This document shows positions 1 through 15,000 of a stretch of 64,000 bases of DNA, one piece after another. Numbering within the stretch: the first letter of the stretch is position 1; every line of letters starts with the position of its first letter. The notes under the pieces were generated by a model. It saw only the letters and a program-made list of their open reading frames with translations, was not told where the DNA came from and made no database searches. The stretch covers positions 10,788,001 to 10,852,000 of the forward strand of contig OZ024749.1 of NCBI GenBank assembly GCA_964016885.1, written 5' to 3'. Source of the DNA: Eledone cirrhosa (taxonomy: Eukaryota). Position numbers and translations under genes: made by a program.

Positions 1-3000
1 ATGCTGTAAAGTAATTGGTGTTAGGAAGGGTATCAACTATAGACACTAAGCTTTCAGTACCTGCTGTAAAGTAATTGGTGTTAGGAAGGGTATCAACTAT
101 AGAAACTAAGCTCTCAGTACCTGCTGTAAAGTAATTGGTGTTAGGAAGGGTATCAACTATAGAAACTAAGCTCTCAGTACATGCTGTAAAGTAATTGGTG
201 TTAGGAAGGGTATCAACTATAGAAACTAAGCTCTCAGTACCTGCTGTAAAGTAATTGGTGTTAGGAAGGGTATCAACTATAGAAACTAAGCTCTCAGTAC
301 ATTCTGTAAATTAATTGGTGTTAGGAAGGGTATCAACTATAGCAACTAAGCTCTCAGTACATGCTGTAAAGTGATTGGTGTTAGCAAGGGTATCAACTAT
401 AGAAACTAAGCTCTCAGTACCTGCTGTAAAGTAATTGGTGTTAGGAAGGGTATCAACTATAGACACTAAGCTCTCATTACCTGCTGTAAAGTAATTGGTG
501 TTAGGAACGGTATCAACTATAGAAACTAAGCTCTCAGTACCTGCTGTAAAGTAATTGGTGTTAGGAAGGGTATCAACTATAGAAACTAAGCTCTCAGTAC
601 ATGCTGTAAAGTAATTGGTGTTAGGAAGGGTATCAACTATAGAAACTAAGCTCTCAGTACCTGCTGTAAAGTAATTGGTGTTAGGAAGGGTATCAACTAT
701 AGAAACTAAGCTCTCAGTACATGCTGTAAAGTAATAGGTGTTAGGAAGGGTATCAACTATAGAAACTCAGCTCTCAGTACCTGCTGTAAAGTAATAGGTG
801 TTAGGAAGGGTATCAACTATAGAAACTAAGCTCTCAATACATGCTGTAAAGTAATAGGTGTTAGGAAGGGTATCAACTATAGAAACTAAGCTCACAGTAC
901 ATGCTGTAAAGTAATTGGTGTTAGGAAGGGTATCAACTATAGAAACTAAGCTCTCAGTACCTGCTGTAAAGTAATTGGTGTTAGGAAGAGTATCAACTAT
1001 AGAAACTAAGCTCTCAGTACATGCTGTAAAGTAATAGGTGTTAGGAAGGGTATCAACTATAGAAACTAAGCTCTCAGTACCTGCTGTAAAGTGATTGGTG
1101 TTAGGAAGGGTATCAACTATAGAAACTAAGCTCTCAGTACATGCTGTAAAGTGATTGGTGTTAGGAAGGGTATCAACTATAGAAACTAAGCTTCCAGTAC
1201 AAGCTATAAAGTGATTGGTGTTAGGAAGGGTATGAACTATAGAAACTAAGCTCTCAGTACCTGCTGTAAAGTAATTGGTTTTAGGAAGGGTATCAACTAT
1301 AGACACTAAGATCTCAGTACATGCTGTAAAGTAATTGGTGTTAGGAAGGGTATCAACTATAAAAACTAAGCTCTCAGTACATGCTGTAAAGTAATTGGTG
1401 TTAGGAAGGGTATCAACTATAGCAACTAAGCTCTCAGTACATGCTGTAAAGTGATTGGTGTTAGGAAGGGTATCAACTATAGAAACTAAGCTCTCAGTAC
1501 ATGGTGTAAAGGGATTGGTGTTAGGAAGGGTATCAACTATAGAAACTAAGCTCTCAGTACATGGTGTAAAGGGATTGGTGTTAGGAAGGGTATCAACTAT
1601 AGAAACTAAGCTCTCAGTACCTGCTGTAAAGGGATTGGTGTTAGGAAGGGTATCAACTATAGAATCTAAGCTTTCAGTACCTGCTGTAAAGTAATTGGTG
1701 TTAGGAAGGGTATCAACTATAGACACTAAGCTCTCAGTACCTGCTGTAAAGTAATTGGTGTTAGGAAGGGTATCAACTATAGAAACTAAGCTCTCAGTAC
1801 ATGCTGTAAAGTGATTGGTGTTAGGAAGGGTATCAACTGTAGAAACTAAGCTCTCAGTACCTGCTGTAAAGTAATTGGTGTTAGGAAGGGTATCAACTAT
1901 AGACACTAAGCTCTCATTACCTGCTGTAAAGTAATTGGTGTTAGGAACGGTATCAACTATAGAAACTAAGCTCTCAGTACCTGCTGTAAAGTAATTGGTG
2001 TTAGGAAGGGTATCAACTATAGAAACTAAGCTCTCAGTACATGCTGTAAAGTAATTGGTGTTAGGAAGGGTATCAACTATAGCAACTAAGCTCTCAGTAC
2101 ATGCTGTAAAGTAATAGGTGTTAGGAAGGGTATCAACTATAGAAACTAAGCTTTCAGTACATGCTGTAAAGTGATTGGTGTTAGGAAGGGTATCAACTGT
2201 AGAAACTAAGCTCTCAGTACCTGCTGTAAAGTAATTGGTGTTAGGAAGGGTATCAACTATAGACACTAAGCTCTCATTACCTGCTGTAAAGTAATTGGTG
2301 TTAGGAACGGTATCAACTATAGAAACTAAGCTCTCAGTACCTGCTGTAAAGTAATTGGTGTTAGGAAGGGTATCAACTATAGAAACTAAGCTCTCAGTAC
2401 ATGCTGTAAAGTAATTGGTGTTAGGAAGGGTATCAACTATAGCAACTAAGCTCTCAGTACATGCTGTAAAGTAATAGGTGTTAGGAAGGGTATCAACTAT
2501 AGAAACTAAGCTCTCAGTACATGCTGTAAAGTAATTGGTGTTAGGAAGGGTATCAACTATAGACACTAAGCTTTCAGTACCTGCTGTAAAGTAATTGGTG
2601 TTAGGAAGGGTATCAACTATAGAAACTAAGCTCTCAGTACCTGCTGTAAAGTAATTGGTGTTAGGAAGGGTATCAACTATAGAAACTAAGCTCTCAGTAC
2701 ATGCTGTAAAGTAATTGGTGTTAGGAAGGGTATCAACTATAGAAACTAAGCTCTCAGTACCTGCTGTAAAGTAATTGGTGTTAGGAAGGGTATCAACTAT
2801 AGAAACTAAGCTCTCAGTACATTCTGTAAATTAATTGGTGTTAGGAAGGGTATCAACTATAGCAACTAAGCTCTCAGTACATGCTGTAAAGTGATTGGTG
2901 TTAGCAAGGGTATCAACTATAGAAACTAAGCTCTCAGTACCTGCTGTAAAGTAATTGGTGTTAGGAAGGGTATCAACTATAGACACTAAGCTCTCATTAC

Positions 3001-6000
3001 CTGCTGTAAAGTAATTGGTGTTAGGAACGGTATCAACTATAGAAACTAAGCTCTCAGTACCTGCTGTAAAGTAATTGGTGTTAGGAAGGGTATCAACTAT
3101 AGAAACTAAGCTCTCAGTACATGCTGTAAAGTAATTGGTGTTAGGAAGGGTATCAACTATAGAAACTAAGCTCTCAGTACCTGCTGTAAAGTAATTGGTG
3201 TTAGGAAGGGTATCAACTATAGAAACTAAGCTCTCAGTACATGCTGTAAAGTAATAGGTGTTAGGAAGGGTATCAACTATAGAAACTCAGCTCTCAGTAC
3301 CTGCTGTAAAGTAATAGGTGTTAGGAAGGGTATCAACTATAGAAACTAAGCTCTCAATACATGCTGTAAAGTAATAGGTGTTAGGAAGGGTATCAACTAT
3401 AGAAACTAAGCTCACAGTACATGCTGTAAAGTAATTGGTGTTAGGAAGGGTATCAACTATAGAAACTAAGCTCTCAGTACCTGCTGTAAAGTAATTGGTG
3501 TTAGGAAGAGTATCAACTATAGAAACTAAGCTCTCAGTACATGCTGTAAAGTAATAGGTGTTAGGAAGGGTATCAACTATAGAAACTAAGCTCTCAGTAC
3601 CTGCTGTAAAGTGATTGGTGTTAGGAAGGGTATCAACTATAGAAACTAAGCTCTCAGTACATGCTGTAAAGTGATTGGTGTTAGGAAGGGTATCAACTAT
3701 AGAAACTAAGCTTCCAGTACAAGCTATAAAGTGATTGGTGTTAGGAAGGGTATGAACTATAGAAACTAAGCTCTCAGTACCTGCTGTAAAGTAATTGGTT
3801 TTAGGAAGGGTATCAACTATAGACACTAAGATCTCAGTACATGCTGTAAAGTAATTGGTGTTAGGAAGGGTATCAACTATAAAAACTAAGCTCTCAGTAC
3901 ATGCTGTAAAGTAATTGGTGTTAGGAAGGGTATCAACTATAGCAACTAAGCTCTCAGTACATGCTGTAAAGTGATTGGTGTTAGGAAGGGTATCAACTAT
4001 AGAAACTAAGCTCTCAGTACATGGTGTAAAGGGATTGGTGTTAGGAAGGGTATCAACTATAGAAACTAAGCTCTCAGTACATGGTGTAAAGGGATTGGTG
4101 TTAGGAAGGGTATCAACTATAGAAACTAAGCTCTCAGTACCTGCTGTAAAGGGATTGGTGTTAGGAAGGGTATCAACTATAGAATCTAAGCTTTCAGTAC
4201 CTGCTGTAAAGTAATTGGTGTTAGGAAGGGTATCAACTATAGACACTAAGCTCTCAGTACCTGCTGTAAAGTAATTGGTGTTAGGAAGGGTATCAACTAT
4301 AGAAACTAAGCTCTCAGTACATGCTGTAAAGTGATTGGTGTTAGGAAGGGTATCAACTGTAGAAACTAAGCTCTCAGTACCTGCTGTAAAGTAATTGGTG
4401 TTAGGAAGGGTATCAACTATAGACACTAAGCTCTCATTACCTGCTGTAAAGTAATTGGTGTTAGGAACGGTATCAACTATAGAAACTAAGCTCTCAGTAC
4501 CTGCTGTAAAGTAATTGGTGTTAGGAAGGGTATCAACTATAGAAACTAAGCTCTCAGTACATGCTGTAAAGTAATTGGTGTTAGGAAGGGTATCAACTAT
4601 AGCAACTAAGCTCTCAGTACATGCTGTAAAGTAATAGGTGTTAGGAAGGGTATCAACTATAGAAACTAAGCTCTCAGTACATGCTGTAAAGTAATTGGTG
4701 TTAGGAAGGGTATCAACTATAGACACTAAGCTCTCAGTACCTGCTGTAAAGTAATTGGTGTTAGGAAGGGTATCAACTATAGAAACTAAGCTCTCAGTAC
4801 CTGCTGTAAAGTAATTGGTGTTAGGAAGGGTATCAACTATAGAAACTAAGCTCTCAGTACATGCTGTAAAGTAATTGGTGTTAGGAAGGGTATCAACTAT
4901 AGAAACTAAGCTCTCAGTACCTGCTGTAAAGTAATTGGTGTTAGGAAGGGTATCAACTATAGAAACTAAGCTCTCAGTACATTCTGTAAATTAATTGGTG
5001 TTAGGAAGGGTATCAACTATAGCAACTAAGCTCTCAGTACATGCTGTAAAGTGATTGGTGTTAGGAAGGGTATCAACTATAGAAACAAAGCTCTCAGTAC
5101 ATGGTGTAAAGGGATTGGTGTTAGGAAGGGTATCAACTATAGAAACTAAGCTCTCAGTACATGCTGTAAAGTGATTGGTGTTAGGAAGGGTATCAACTAT
5201 AGAAACTAAGCTCTCAGTACATGCTGTAAAGTAATTGGTGTTAGGAAGGGTATCAACTATAGAAACTAAGCTCTCAGTACATGCTGTAAAGTAATAGGTG
5301 TTAGGAAGGGTATCAACTATAGAAACTAAGCTCTCAGTACATGCTGTAAAGTAATAGGTGTTAGGAAGGGTATCAACTATAGAAACTAAGCTCTCAGTAC
5401 ATGCTGTAAAGTAATAGGTGTTAGGAAGGGTATCAACTATAGAAACTAAGCTCTCAGTACATGCTGTAAAGTAATTGGTGTTAGGAAGGGTATCAACTAT
5501 AGAAACTAAGCTCTCAGTACCTGCTGTAAAGTAATTGGTGTTAGGAAGGGTATCAACTATAGAAACTAAGCTCACAGTACATGCTGTAAAGTAATTGGTG
5601 TTAGGAAGGGTATCAACTATAGAAACTAAGCTCTCAGTACCTGCTGTAAAGTAATTGGTGTTAGGAAGAGTATCAACTATAGAAACTAAGCTCTCAGTAC
5701 ATGCTGTAAAGTGATTGGTGTTAGGAAGGGTATCAACTATAGAAACTAAGCTCTCAGTGCCTGCTGTAAAGTGATTGGTGTTAGGAAGGGTATCAACTAT
5801 AGAAACTAAGCTCTCAGTACATGCTGTAAAGTAATAGGTGTTAGGAAGGGTATCAACTATAGAAACTCAGCTCTCAGTACCTGCTGTAACGTAATAGGTG
5901 TTAGGAAGGGTATCAACTATAGAAACTAAGCTCTCAGTACATGCTGTAAAGTAATTGGTGTTAGGAAGGGTATCAACTATAGAAACTAACCTCTCAGTAC

Positions 6001-9000
6001 ATGGTGTAAAGTAATTGGTGTTAGGAAGGGTATCAACTATAGAAAGTAACCTCTCAGTACATGGTGTAAAGTAATTGGTGTTAGGAAGGGTATCTACTAT
6101 AGAAACTAAGCTCTCAGTACATGCTGTAAAAATTATTGGTGTTAGGAAGGATATCAACTATAGAAACTAACCTCTCAGTACATGGTGTAAAGTAATTGGT
6201 GTTAGGAAGGGTATCAACTATAGAAACTAAGCTCTCAGTACATGCTGTTAAGTTATTGGTGTTAGGAAGGGTATCAACTATAGAAACTAAGCTCTCAGTA
6301 CATGCTGTAAGGTAATTGGTGTTAGGAAGGGTATCAACTATAGAAACTAAGCTCTCAGTACCTGCTGTAAAGTAATTGGTGTTAGGAAGAGTATCAACTA
6401 TAGAAACTAAGCTCTCAGTACATGCTGTAAAGTAATTGGTGTTAGGAAGGGTATCAACTATAGAAACTAAGCTCTCAGTACCTGCTGTAAAGTGATTGGT
6501 GTTAGGAAGGGTATCAACTATAGAAACTAAGCTCTCAGTACATGCTGTAAAGTGATTGGTGTTAGGAAGGGTATCAACTATAGAAACTAAGCTTCCAGTA
6601 CATGCTATAAAGTGATTGGTGTTAGGAAGGGTATGAACTATAGAAACTAAGCTCTCAGTACCTGCTGTAAAGTAATTGGTTTTAGGAAGGGTATCAACTA
6701 TAGACACTAAGATCTCAGTACATGCTGTAAAGTAATTGGTGTTAGGAATGGTATCAACTATAAAAACTAAGCTCTCAGTACATGCTGTAAAGTAATTGGT
6801 GTTAGGAAGGGTATCAACTATAGAAACTAAGCTCTCAGTACATGCTGTTAAGTTATTGGTGTTAGGAAGGGTATCAACTATAGAAACTAAGCTCTCAGTA
6901 CATGCTGTAAGGTAATTGGTGTTAGGAAGGGTATCAACTATAGAAACTAAGCTCTCAGTACCTGCTGTAAAGTAATTGGTGTTAGGAAGAGTATCAACTA
7001 TAGAAACTAAGCTCTCAGTACATGCTGTAAAGTAATTGGTGTTAGGAAGGGTATCAACTATAGAAACTAAGCTCTCAGTACCTGCTGTAAAGTGATTGGT
7101 GTTAGGAAGGGTATCAACTATAGAAACTAAGCTCTCAGTACATGCTGTAAAGTGATTGGTGTTAGGAAGGGTATCAACTATAGAAACTAAGCTTCCAGTA
7201 CATGCTATAAAGTGATTGGTGTTAGGAAGGGTATGAACTATAGAAACTAAGCTCTCAGTACCTGCTGTAAAGTAATTGGTTTTAGGAAGGGTATCAACTA
7301 TAGACACTAAGATCTCAGTACATGCTGTAAAGTAATTGGTGTTAGGAATGGTATCAACTATAAAAACTAAGCTCTCAGTACATGCTGTAAAGTAATTGGT
7401 GTTAGGAAGGGTATCAACTATAGAAACTAAGCTCTCAGTACATGCTGTAAAGTAATTGGTGTTAGGAAGGGTATCAACTATAGCAACTAAGCTCTCAGTA
7501 CATGCTGTAAAGTGATTGGTGTTAGGAAGGGTATCAACTATAGAAACTAAGCTCTCAGTACATGGTGTAAAGGGATTGGTGTTAGGAAGGGTATCAACTA
7601 TAGAAACTAAGCTTTCAGTACATGCTGTAAAGTGATTGGTGTTAGGAAGGGTATCAACTATAGAAACTAAGCTCTCAGTACCTGCTGTAAAGGGATTGGT
7701 GTTAGGAAGGGTATCAACTATAGAAACTAAGCTTTCAGTACATGCTGTGAAGTGATTGGTGTTAGGAAGGGTATCAACTATAGAAACTAAGCTCTCAGTA
7801 CCTGCTGTAAAGGGATTGGTGTTAGGAAGGGTATCAACTATAGAAACTAAGCTTTCAGTACATGCTGTAAAGTGATTGGTGTTAGGAAGGGTATCAACTA
7901 TAGAAACTAAGCTCTCAGTACCTGCTGTAAAGGGATTGGTGTTAGGAAGGGTATCAACTATAGAAACTAAGCTTTCAGTACATGCTGTAAAGTGATTGGT
8001 GTTAGGAAGGGTATCAACTATAGAAACTAATCTCTCAGTACCTGCTGTAAAGTAATTGGTGTTAGGAAGGGTATCAACTATAGACACTAAGCTCTCATTA
8101 CCTGCTGTAAAGTAATTGGTGTTAGGAACGGTATCAACTATAGAAACTAAGCTCTCAGTACCTGCTGTAAAGTAATTGGTGTTAGGAAGGGTATCAACTA
8201 TAGAAACTAAGCTCTCAGTACATGATGTAAAGTAATTGGTGTTAGGAAGGGTATCAACTATAGAAACTAAGCTCTCAGTACCTGCTGTAAAGTAATTGGT
8301 GTTAGGAAGGGTATCAACTATAGAAACTAAGCTCTCAGTACATGCTGTAAAGTAATAGGTGTTAGGAAGGGTATCAACTATAGAAACTCAGCTCTCAGTA
8401 CCTGCTGTAAAGTAATAGGTGTTAGGAAGGGTATCAACTATAGAAACTAAGCTCTCAGTACATGCTGTAAAGTAATAGGTGTTAGGAAGGGTATCAACTA
8501 TAGAAACTAAGCTCACAGTACATGCTGTAAAGTAATTGGTGTTAGGAAGGGTATCAACTATAGAAACTAAGCTCTCAGTACCTGCTGTAAAGTAATTGGT
8601 GTTAGGAAGAGTATCAACTATAGAAACTAAGCTCTCAGTACATGCTGTAAAGTGATTGGTGTTAGGAAGGGTATCAACTATAGAAACTAAGCTCTCAGTG
8701 CCTGCTGTAAAGTGATTGGTGTTAGGAAGGGTATCAACTATAGAAACTAAGCTCTCAGTACATGCTGTAAAGTAATAGGTGTTTGGAAGGGTATCAACTA
8801 TAGAAACTCAGCTCTCAGTACCTGCTGTAACGTAATAGGTGTTAGGAAGGGTATCAACTATAGAAACTAAGCTCTGAGTACATGCTGTAAAGTAATTGGT
8901 GTTAGGAAGGGTATCAACTATAGAAACTAAGCTCTCAGTACATGCTGTAAAGTAATTGGTGTTAGGAAGGGTATCAACTATAGAAACTAACCTCTCAGTA

Positions 9001-12000
9001 CATGGTGTAAAGTAATTGGTGTTAGGAAGGGTATCAACTATAGAAACTAAGCTCTCAGTACATGGTGTAAAGTAATTGGTGTTAGGAAGGTTATCTACTA
9101 TAGAAACTAAGCTCTCAGTACATGCTGTTAAATGATTGGTGTTAGGAAGGATATCAACTATAGAAACTAACCTCTCAGTACATGGTGTAAAGTAATTGGT
9201 GTTAGGAAGGGTATCAACTATAGAAACTAAGCTCTCAGTACATGCTGTAAAGTGATTGGTGTTAGGAAGGGTATCAACTATAGAAACTAAGCTCTCAGTA
9301 CATGCTGTAAGGTCATTGGTGTTAGGAAGGGTATCAACTATAGAAACTAAGCTCTCAGTACCTGCTGTAAAGTAATTGGTGTTAGGAAGAGTATCAACTA
9401 TAGAAACTAAGCTTTCAGTACATGCTGTAAAGTAATTGGTGTTAGGAAGGGTATCAACTATAGAAACTAAGCTCTCAGTACCTGCTTTAAAGTGATTGGT
9501 GTTAGGAAGGGTATCAACTATAGAAACTAAGCTCTCAGTACATGCTGTAAAGTGATTGGTGTTAGGAAGGGTATCAACTATAGAAACTAAGCTTCCAGTA
9601 CATGCTATAAAGTGATTGGTGTTAGGAAGGGTATGAACTATAGAAACTAAGCTCTCAGTACCTGCTGTAAAGTAATTGGTTTTAGGAAGGGTATCAACTA
9701 TAGACACTAAGATCTCAGTACCTGCTGTAAAGTAATTGGTGTTAGGAAGGGTATCAACTATAGAAACTAAGCTCTCAGTGCCTGCTGTAAAGTGATTGGT
9801 GTTAGGAAGGGTATCAACTATAGAAACTAAGCTCTCAGTACATGCTGTAAAGTAATAGGTGTTAGGAAGGGTATCAACCATAGAAACTCAGCTCTCAGTA
9901 CCTGCTGTAACGTAATAGGTGTTAGGAAGGGTATCAACTATAGAAACTAAGCTCTGAGTACATGCTGTAAAGTAATTGGTGTTAGGAAGGGTATCAACTA
10001 TAGAAACTAAGCTCTCAGTACATGCTGTAAAGTAATTGGTGTTAGGAAGGGTATCAACTATAGAAACTAACCTCTCAGTACATGGTGTAAAGTAATTGGT
10101 GTTAGGAAGGGTATCAACTATAGAAACTAACCTCTCAGTACATGGTGTAAAATAATTGGTGTTAGGAAGGGTATCTACTATAGAAACTAAGCTCTCAGTA
10201 CATGTGTAAAATGATTGGTGTTAGGAAGGATATCAACTATAGAAACTAACCTCTCAGTACATGGTGTAAAGTAATTGGTGTTAGGAAGGGTATGAACTAT
10301 AGAAACTAAGCTCTCAGTACCTGCTGTAAAGTAATTGGTTTTAGGAAGGGTATCAACTATAGACACTAAGATCTCAGTACATGCTGTAAAGTAATTGGTG
10401 TTAGGAAGGGTATCAACTATAAAAACTAAGCTCTCAGTACATGCTGTAAAGTAATTGGTGTTAGGAAGGGTATCAACTATAGAAACTAAGCTCTCAGTAC
10501 ATGCTGTAAAGTAATTGGTGTTAGGAAGGGTATCAACTATAGCAACTAAGCTCTCAGTACATGCTGTAAAGTGATTGGTGTTAGGAAGGGTATCATCTAT
10601 GGAAACTAAGCTCTCAGTACATGGTGTAAAGGGATTGGTGTTAGGAAGGGTATCAACTATAGAAACTAAGCTTTCAGTACATGCTGTAAAGTGATTGGTG
10701 TTAGGAAGGGTATCAACTATAGAAACTAAGCTCTCAGTACCTGCTGTAAAGGGATTGGTGTTAGGAAGGGTATCAACTATAGAAACTAAGCTTTCAGTAC
10801 ATGCTGTAAAGTGATTGGTGTTAGGAAGGGTATCAACTATAGAAACTAAGCTCTCAGTACCTGCTGTAAAGGGATTGGTGTTAGGAAGGGTATCAACTAT
10901 AGAAACTAAGCTCTCAGTACATGCTGTAAAGTGATTGGTGTTAGGAAGGGTATCAACTATAGAAACTAAGCTTCCAGTACATGCTATAAAGTGATTGGTG
11001 TTAGGAAGGGTATGAACTATAGAAACTAAGCTCTCAGTACCTGCTGTAAAGTAATTGGTTTTAGGAAGGGTATCAACTATAGACACTAAGATCTCAGTAC
11101 CTGCTGTAAAGTAATTGGTGTTAGGAAGGGTATCAACTATAGAAACTAAGCTCTCAGTGCCTGCTGTAAAGTGATTGGTGTTAGGAAGGGTATCAACTAT
11201 AGAAACTAAGCTCTCAGTACATGCTGTAAAGTAATAGGTGTTAGGAAGGGTATCAACCATAGAAACTCAGCTCTCAGTACCTGCTGTAACGTAATAGGTG
11301 TTAGGAAGGGTATCAACTATAGAAACTAAGCTCTGAGTACATGCTGTAAAGTAATTGGTGTTAGGAAGGGTATCAACTATAGAAACTAAGCTCTCAGTAC
11401 ATGCTGTAAAGTAATTGGTGTTAGGAAGGGTATCAACTATAGAAACTAACCTCTCAGTACATGGTGTAAAGTAATTGGTGTTAGGAAGGGTATCAACTAT
11501 AGAAACTAACCTCTCAGTACATGGTGTAAAATAATTGGTGTTAGGAAGGGTATCTACTATAGAAACTAAGCTCTCAGTACATGTGTAAAATGATTGGTGT
11601 TAGGAAGGATATCAACTATAGAAACTAACCTCTCAGTACATGGTGTAAAGTAATTGGTGTTAGGAAGGGTATGAACTATAGAAACTAAGCTCTCAGTACC
11701 TGCTGTAAAGTAATTGGTTTTAGGAAGGGTATCAACTATAGACACTAAGATCTCAGTACATGCTGTAAAGTAATTGGTGTTAGGAAGGGTATCAACTATA
11801 AAAACTAAGCTCTCAGTACATGCTGTAAAGTAATTGGTGTTAGGAAGGGTATCAACTATAGAAACTAAGCTCTCAGTACATGCTGTAAAGTAATTGGTGT
11901 TAGGAAGGGTATCAACTATAGCAACTAAGCTCTCAGTACATGCTGTAAAGTGATTGGTGTTAGGAAGGGTATCATCTATGGAAACTAAGCTCTCAGTACA

Positions 12001-15000
12001 TGGTGTAAAGGGATTGGTGTTAGGAAGGGTATCAACTATAGAAACTAAGCTTTCAGTACATGCTGTAAAGTGATTGGTGTTAGGAAGGGTATCAACTATA
12101 GAAACTAAGCTCTCAGTACCTGCTGTAAAGGGATTGGTGTTAGGAAGGGTATCAACTATAGAAACTAAGCTTTCAGTACATGCTGTAAAGTGATTGGTGT
12201 TAGGAAGGGTATCAACTATAGAAACTAAGCTCTCAGTACCTGCTGTAAAGGGATTGGTGTTAGGAAGGGTATCAACTATAGAAACTAAGCTTTCAGTACA
12301 TGCTGTAAAGTGATTGGTGTTAGGAAGGGTATCAACTATAGAAACTAAGCTCTCAGTACCTGCTGTAAAGGGATTGGTGTTAGGAAGGGTATCAACTATA
12401 GAAACTAAGCTTTCAGTACATGCTGTAAAGTGATTGGTGTTAGGAAGGGTATCAACTATAGAAACTAAGCTCTCAGTACCTGCTGTAAAGTAATTGGTGT
12501 TAGGAAGGGTATCAACTATAGACAGTAAGCTCTCATTACCTGCTGTAAAGTAATTGGTGTTAGGAACGGTATCAACTATAGAAACTAAGCTCTCAGTACC
12601 TGCTGTAAAGTAATTGGTGTTAGGAAGGGTATCAACTATAGAAACTAAGCTCTCAGTACATGCTGTAAAGTAATTGGTGTTAGGAAGGGTATCAACTATA
12701 GAAACTAAGCTCTCAGTACATGCTGTAAAGTAATTGGTGTTAGGAAGGGTATCAACTATAGAAACTAAGCTCTCAGTACCTGCTGTAAAGTGATTGGTGT
12801 TAGGAAGGGTATCAACTATAGAAACTAAGCTCTCAGTACCTGCTGTAAAGTAATTGGTGTTAGGAAGGGTATCAACTATAGAAACTAAGCTCTCAGTACA
12901 TGCTGTAAAGTAATAGGTGTTAGGAAGGGTATCAACTATAGAAACTCAGCTCTCAGTACCTGCTGTAAAGTAATAGGTGTTTGGAAGGGTATCAACTATA
13001 GAAACTAAGCTCTCAGTACATGCTGTAAAGTAATAGGTGTTAGGAAGGGTATCAACTATAGAAACTAAGCTCACAGTACATGCTGTAAAGTAATTGGTGT
13101 TAGGAAGGGTATCAATTATAGAAACTAAGCTCTCAGTACCTGCTGTAAAGTAATTGGTGTTAGGAAGAGTATCAACTATAGAAACTAAGCTCTCAGTACA
13201 TGCTGTAAAGTGATTGGTGTTAGGAAGGGTATCAACTATAGAAACTAAGCTCTCAGTGCCTGCTGTAAAGTGATTGGTGTTAGGAAGGGTATCAACTATA
13301 GAAACTAAGCTCTCAGTACATGCTGTAAAGTAATAGGTGTTAGGAAGGGTATCAACTATAGAAACTCAGCTCTCAGTACCTGCTGTAACGTAATAGGTGT
13401 TAGGAAGGGTATCAACTATAGAAACTAAGCTCTCAGTACATGCTGTAAAGTAATTGGTGTTAGGAAGGGTATCAACTATAGAAACTAAGCTCTCAGTACA
13501 TGCTGTAAAGTAATTGGTGTTAGGAAGGGTATCAACTATAGAAACTAACCTCTCAGTACATGGTGTAAAGTAATTGGTGTTAGGAAGGGTATCAACTATA
13601 GAAACTAACCTCTCAGTACATGGTGTAAAGTAATTGGTGTTAGGAAGGGTATCTACTATAGAAACTAAGCTCTCAGTACATGCTGTAAAATGATTGGTGT
13701 TAGGAAGGATATCAACTATAGAAACTAACCTCTCAGTACATGGTGTAAAGTAATTGGTGTTAGGAAGGGTATCAACTATAGAAACTAAGCTCTCAGTACA
13801 TGCTGTAAAGTGATTGGTGTTAGGAAGGGTATCAACTATAGAAACTAAGCTCTCAGTACATGCTGTAAGGTAATTGGTGTTAGGAAGGGTATCAACTATA
13901 GACACTAAGATCTCAGTACATGCTGTAAAGTAATTGGTGTTAGGAAGGGTATCAACTATAGAAACTAAGCTCTCAGTACCTGCTGTAAAGTGATTGGTGT
14001 TAGGAAGGGTATCAACTATAGAAACTAAGCTCTCAGTACATGCTGTAAAGTGATTGGTGTTAGGAAGGGTATCAACTATAGAAACTAAGCTTTCAGTACA
14101 TGCTGTAAAGTGATTGGTGTTAGGAAGGGTATCACCTATAGAAACTAAGCTCTCAGTACCTGCTGTAAAGTAATTGGTGTTAAGAAGGGTATCAACTATA
14201 GACACTAAGCTCTCAGTACATGCTGTAAAGTAATTGGTGTTAGGAAAGGTATCAACTATAGAAACTAACCTCTCAGTACATGGTGTAAAGTAATTGGTGT
14301 TAGGAAGGGTATCTACTATAGAAACTAAGCTCTCAGCACATGCTGTAAAGTGATTGGTGTTAGGAAGGGTATCAACTATAGAAACTAAGCTCTCAGTACA
14401 TGCTGTAAAGTGATTGGTGTTAGGAAGGGTATCAACTATAGAAACTAAACTCTCAGTACATGCTGTAAAGTAATTGGTGTTAGGAAGGGTATCAACTATA
14501 GAAACTAACCTCTCAGTACATGGTGTAAAGTAATTGGTGTTAGAAAGGGTATCAACTATAGAAACTAAGCTCTCAGTACATGCTGTAAAATGATTGGTGT
14601 TAGGAAGGGTATCAACTATAGAAACTAACCTCTCAGTACATGGTGTAAAGTAATGGGTGTTAGGAAGGGTATCTACTATAGAAACTAAGCTCTCAGTACA
14701 TGTTGTAAAATGTTTGGTGTTAGGAAGGGTATCAACTATAGAAACTAAGCTCTCAGTACATGGTGTAAAGTAATTGGTGTTAGAAAGGGTATCTACTATA
14801 GAAACTAAGCTCTCAGCACATGCTGTAAAATGTTTGGTGTTAGGAAGGGTATCAACTATAGAAACTAAGCTCTCAGTACATGGTGTAAAGTAATTGGTGT
14901 TAGGAAGGTTATCTACTATAGAAACTAAGCTCTCAGTTCATGCTGTAAAGTGATTGGTGTTAGAAAGGGTATCAACTACAGAAACTAAGCTCTCAGTACA

